A DNA stretch of 64,000 nucleotides. It comes from Actinomycetota bacterium (GTDB lineage: Bacteria; Actinomycetota; Acidimicrobiia; Spongiisociales; UBA4744). The position numbers and the translations under genes were made by a program. Position 1 is the stretch's first letter. Each line of letters opens with the position of its first letter. This document shows, piece by piece, positions 63,877 through 64,000 of this stretch. The notes beneath the pieces are model-generated. The model searched no databases. It was not told the DNA's origin and worked only from the letters and a program-made list of their open reading frames with translations. The stretch is from positions 1 to 64,000 of the forward strand of contig JAADGS010000028.1 in assembly GCA_013152275.1 (NCBI GenBank), given 5' to 3'.

Positions 63877-64000
63877 GTGTCGCCGACCCTTTCCACCGTG
63901 AGATCGAGGAAGTGCGTTGCGCAGGAGATGCATGGGTCGTAGTTCCTGATGGCTTGTTCCAACTGCCACTGCAGGGTGTCATCGTCCAGATGGGTCCGTC
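63861..64000 (-). CDS. NiFe hydrogenase large subunit, 3' end (group 3b-like; partial)
   Basis: Manual translation ...[33 protein letters not shown]2 motif DPCxSCxxH plus a cleavable tail. Confidence 0.88.
   Translation of the reverse strand, partial: RTHLDDDTLQWQLEQAIRNYDPCISCATHFLDLTVERVGDTWRAG

Overview
A gene-dense, high-GC bacterial window. An actinobacterial origin is inferred (PAC2 gene, DUF222/HNH-type tail, many leaderless TAnnnT-ATG starts), possibly Acidimicrobiia. All calls come from motif recognition; no searches were run. The standout region is ~1.3-16 kb. It holds a complete glucitol-family PTS (GutM, IIC, split and order-swapped IIBC, IIA, own HPr and EI) with no sorbitol-6-P dehydrogenase, but with a DXR-II/DRL-like SAF-domain oxidoreductase. 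Facing it are an acetoin-dehydrogenase-like E1a/E1b/E2 set, a second SorC regulator and ispD; a degenerate ispD-like gene and a metallophosphoesterase follow on the + strand. I infer a 2-C-methyl-D-erythritol uptake and catabolism locus (ME -> MEP -> DXP -> acetyl-CoA + GAP). The rest is mostly housekeeping and metabolic: lnt, sirtuin, rnhA, nfuA, malQ, ychF, gpsA, lipid-oxidation enzymes, a P3A H+-ATPase and the 3' end of a NiFe-hydrogenase operon. Further items: a candidate structured sRNA with its own promoter (60.7-60.9 kb), a three-member ECF-sigma promoter motif, a 36-aa smORF, several predicted pseudo-enzymes and REP-like repeats. No rRNA, tRNA, cas genes or intact transposase were seen.
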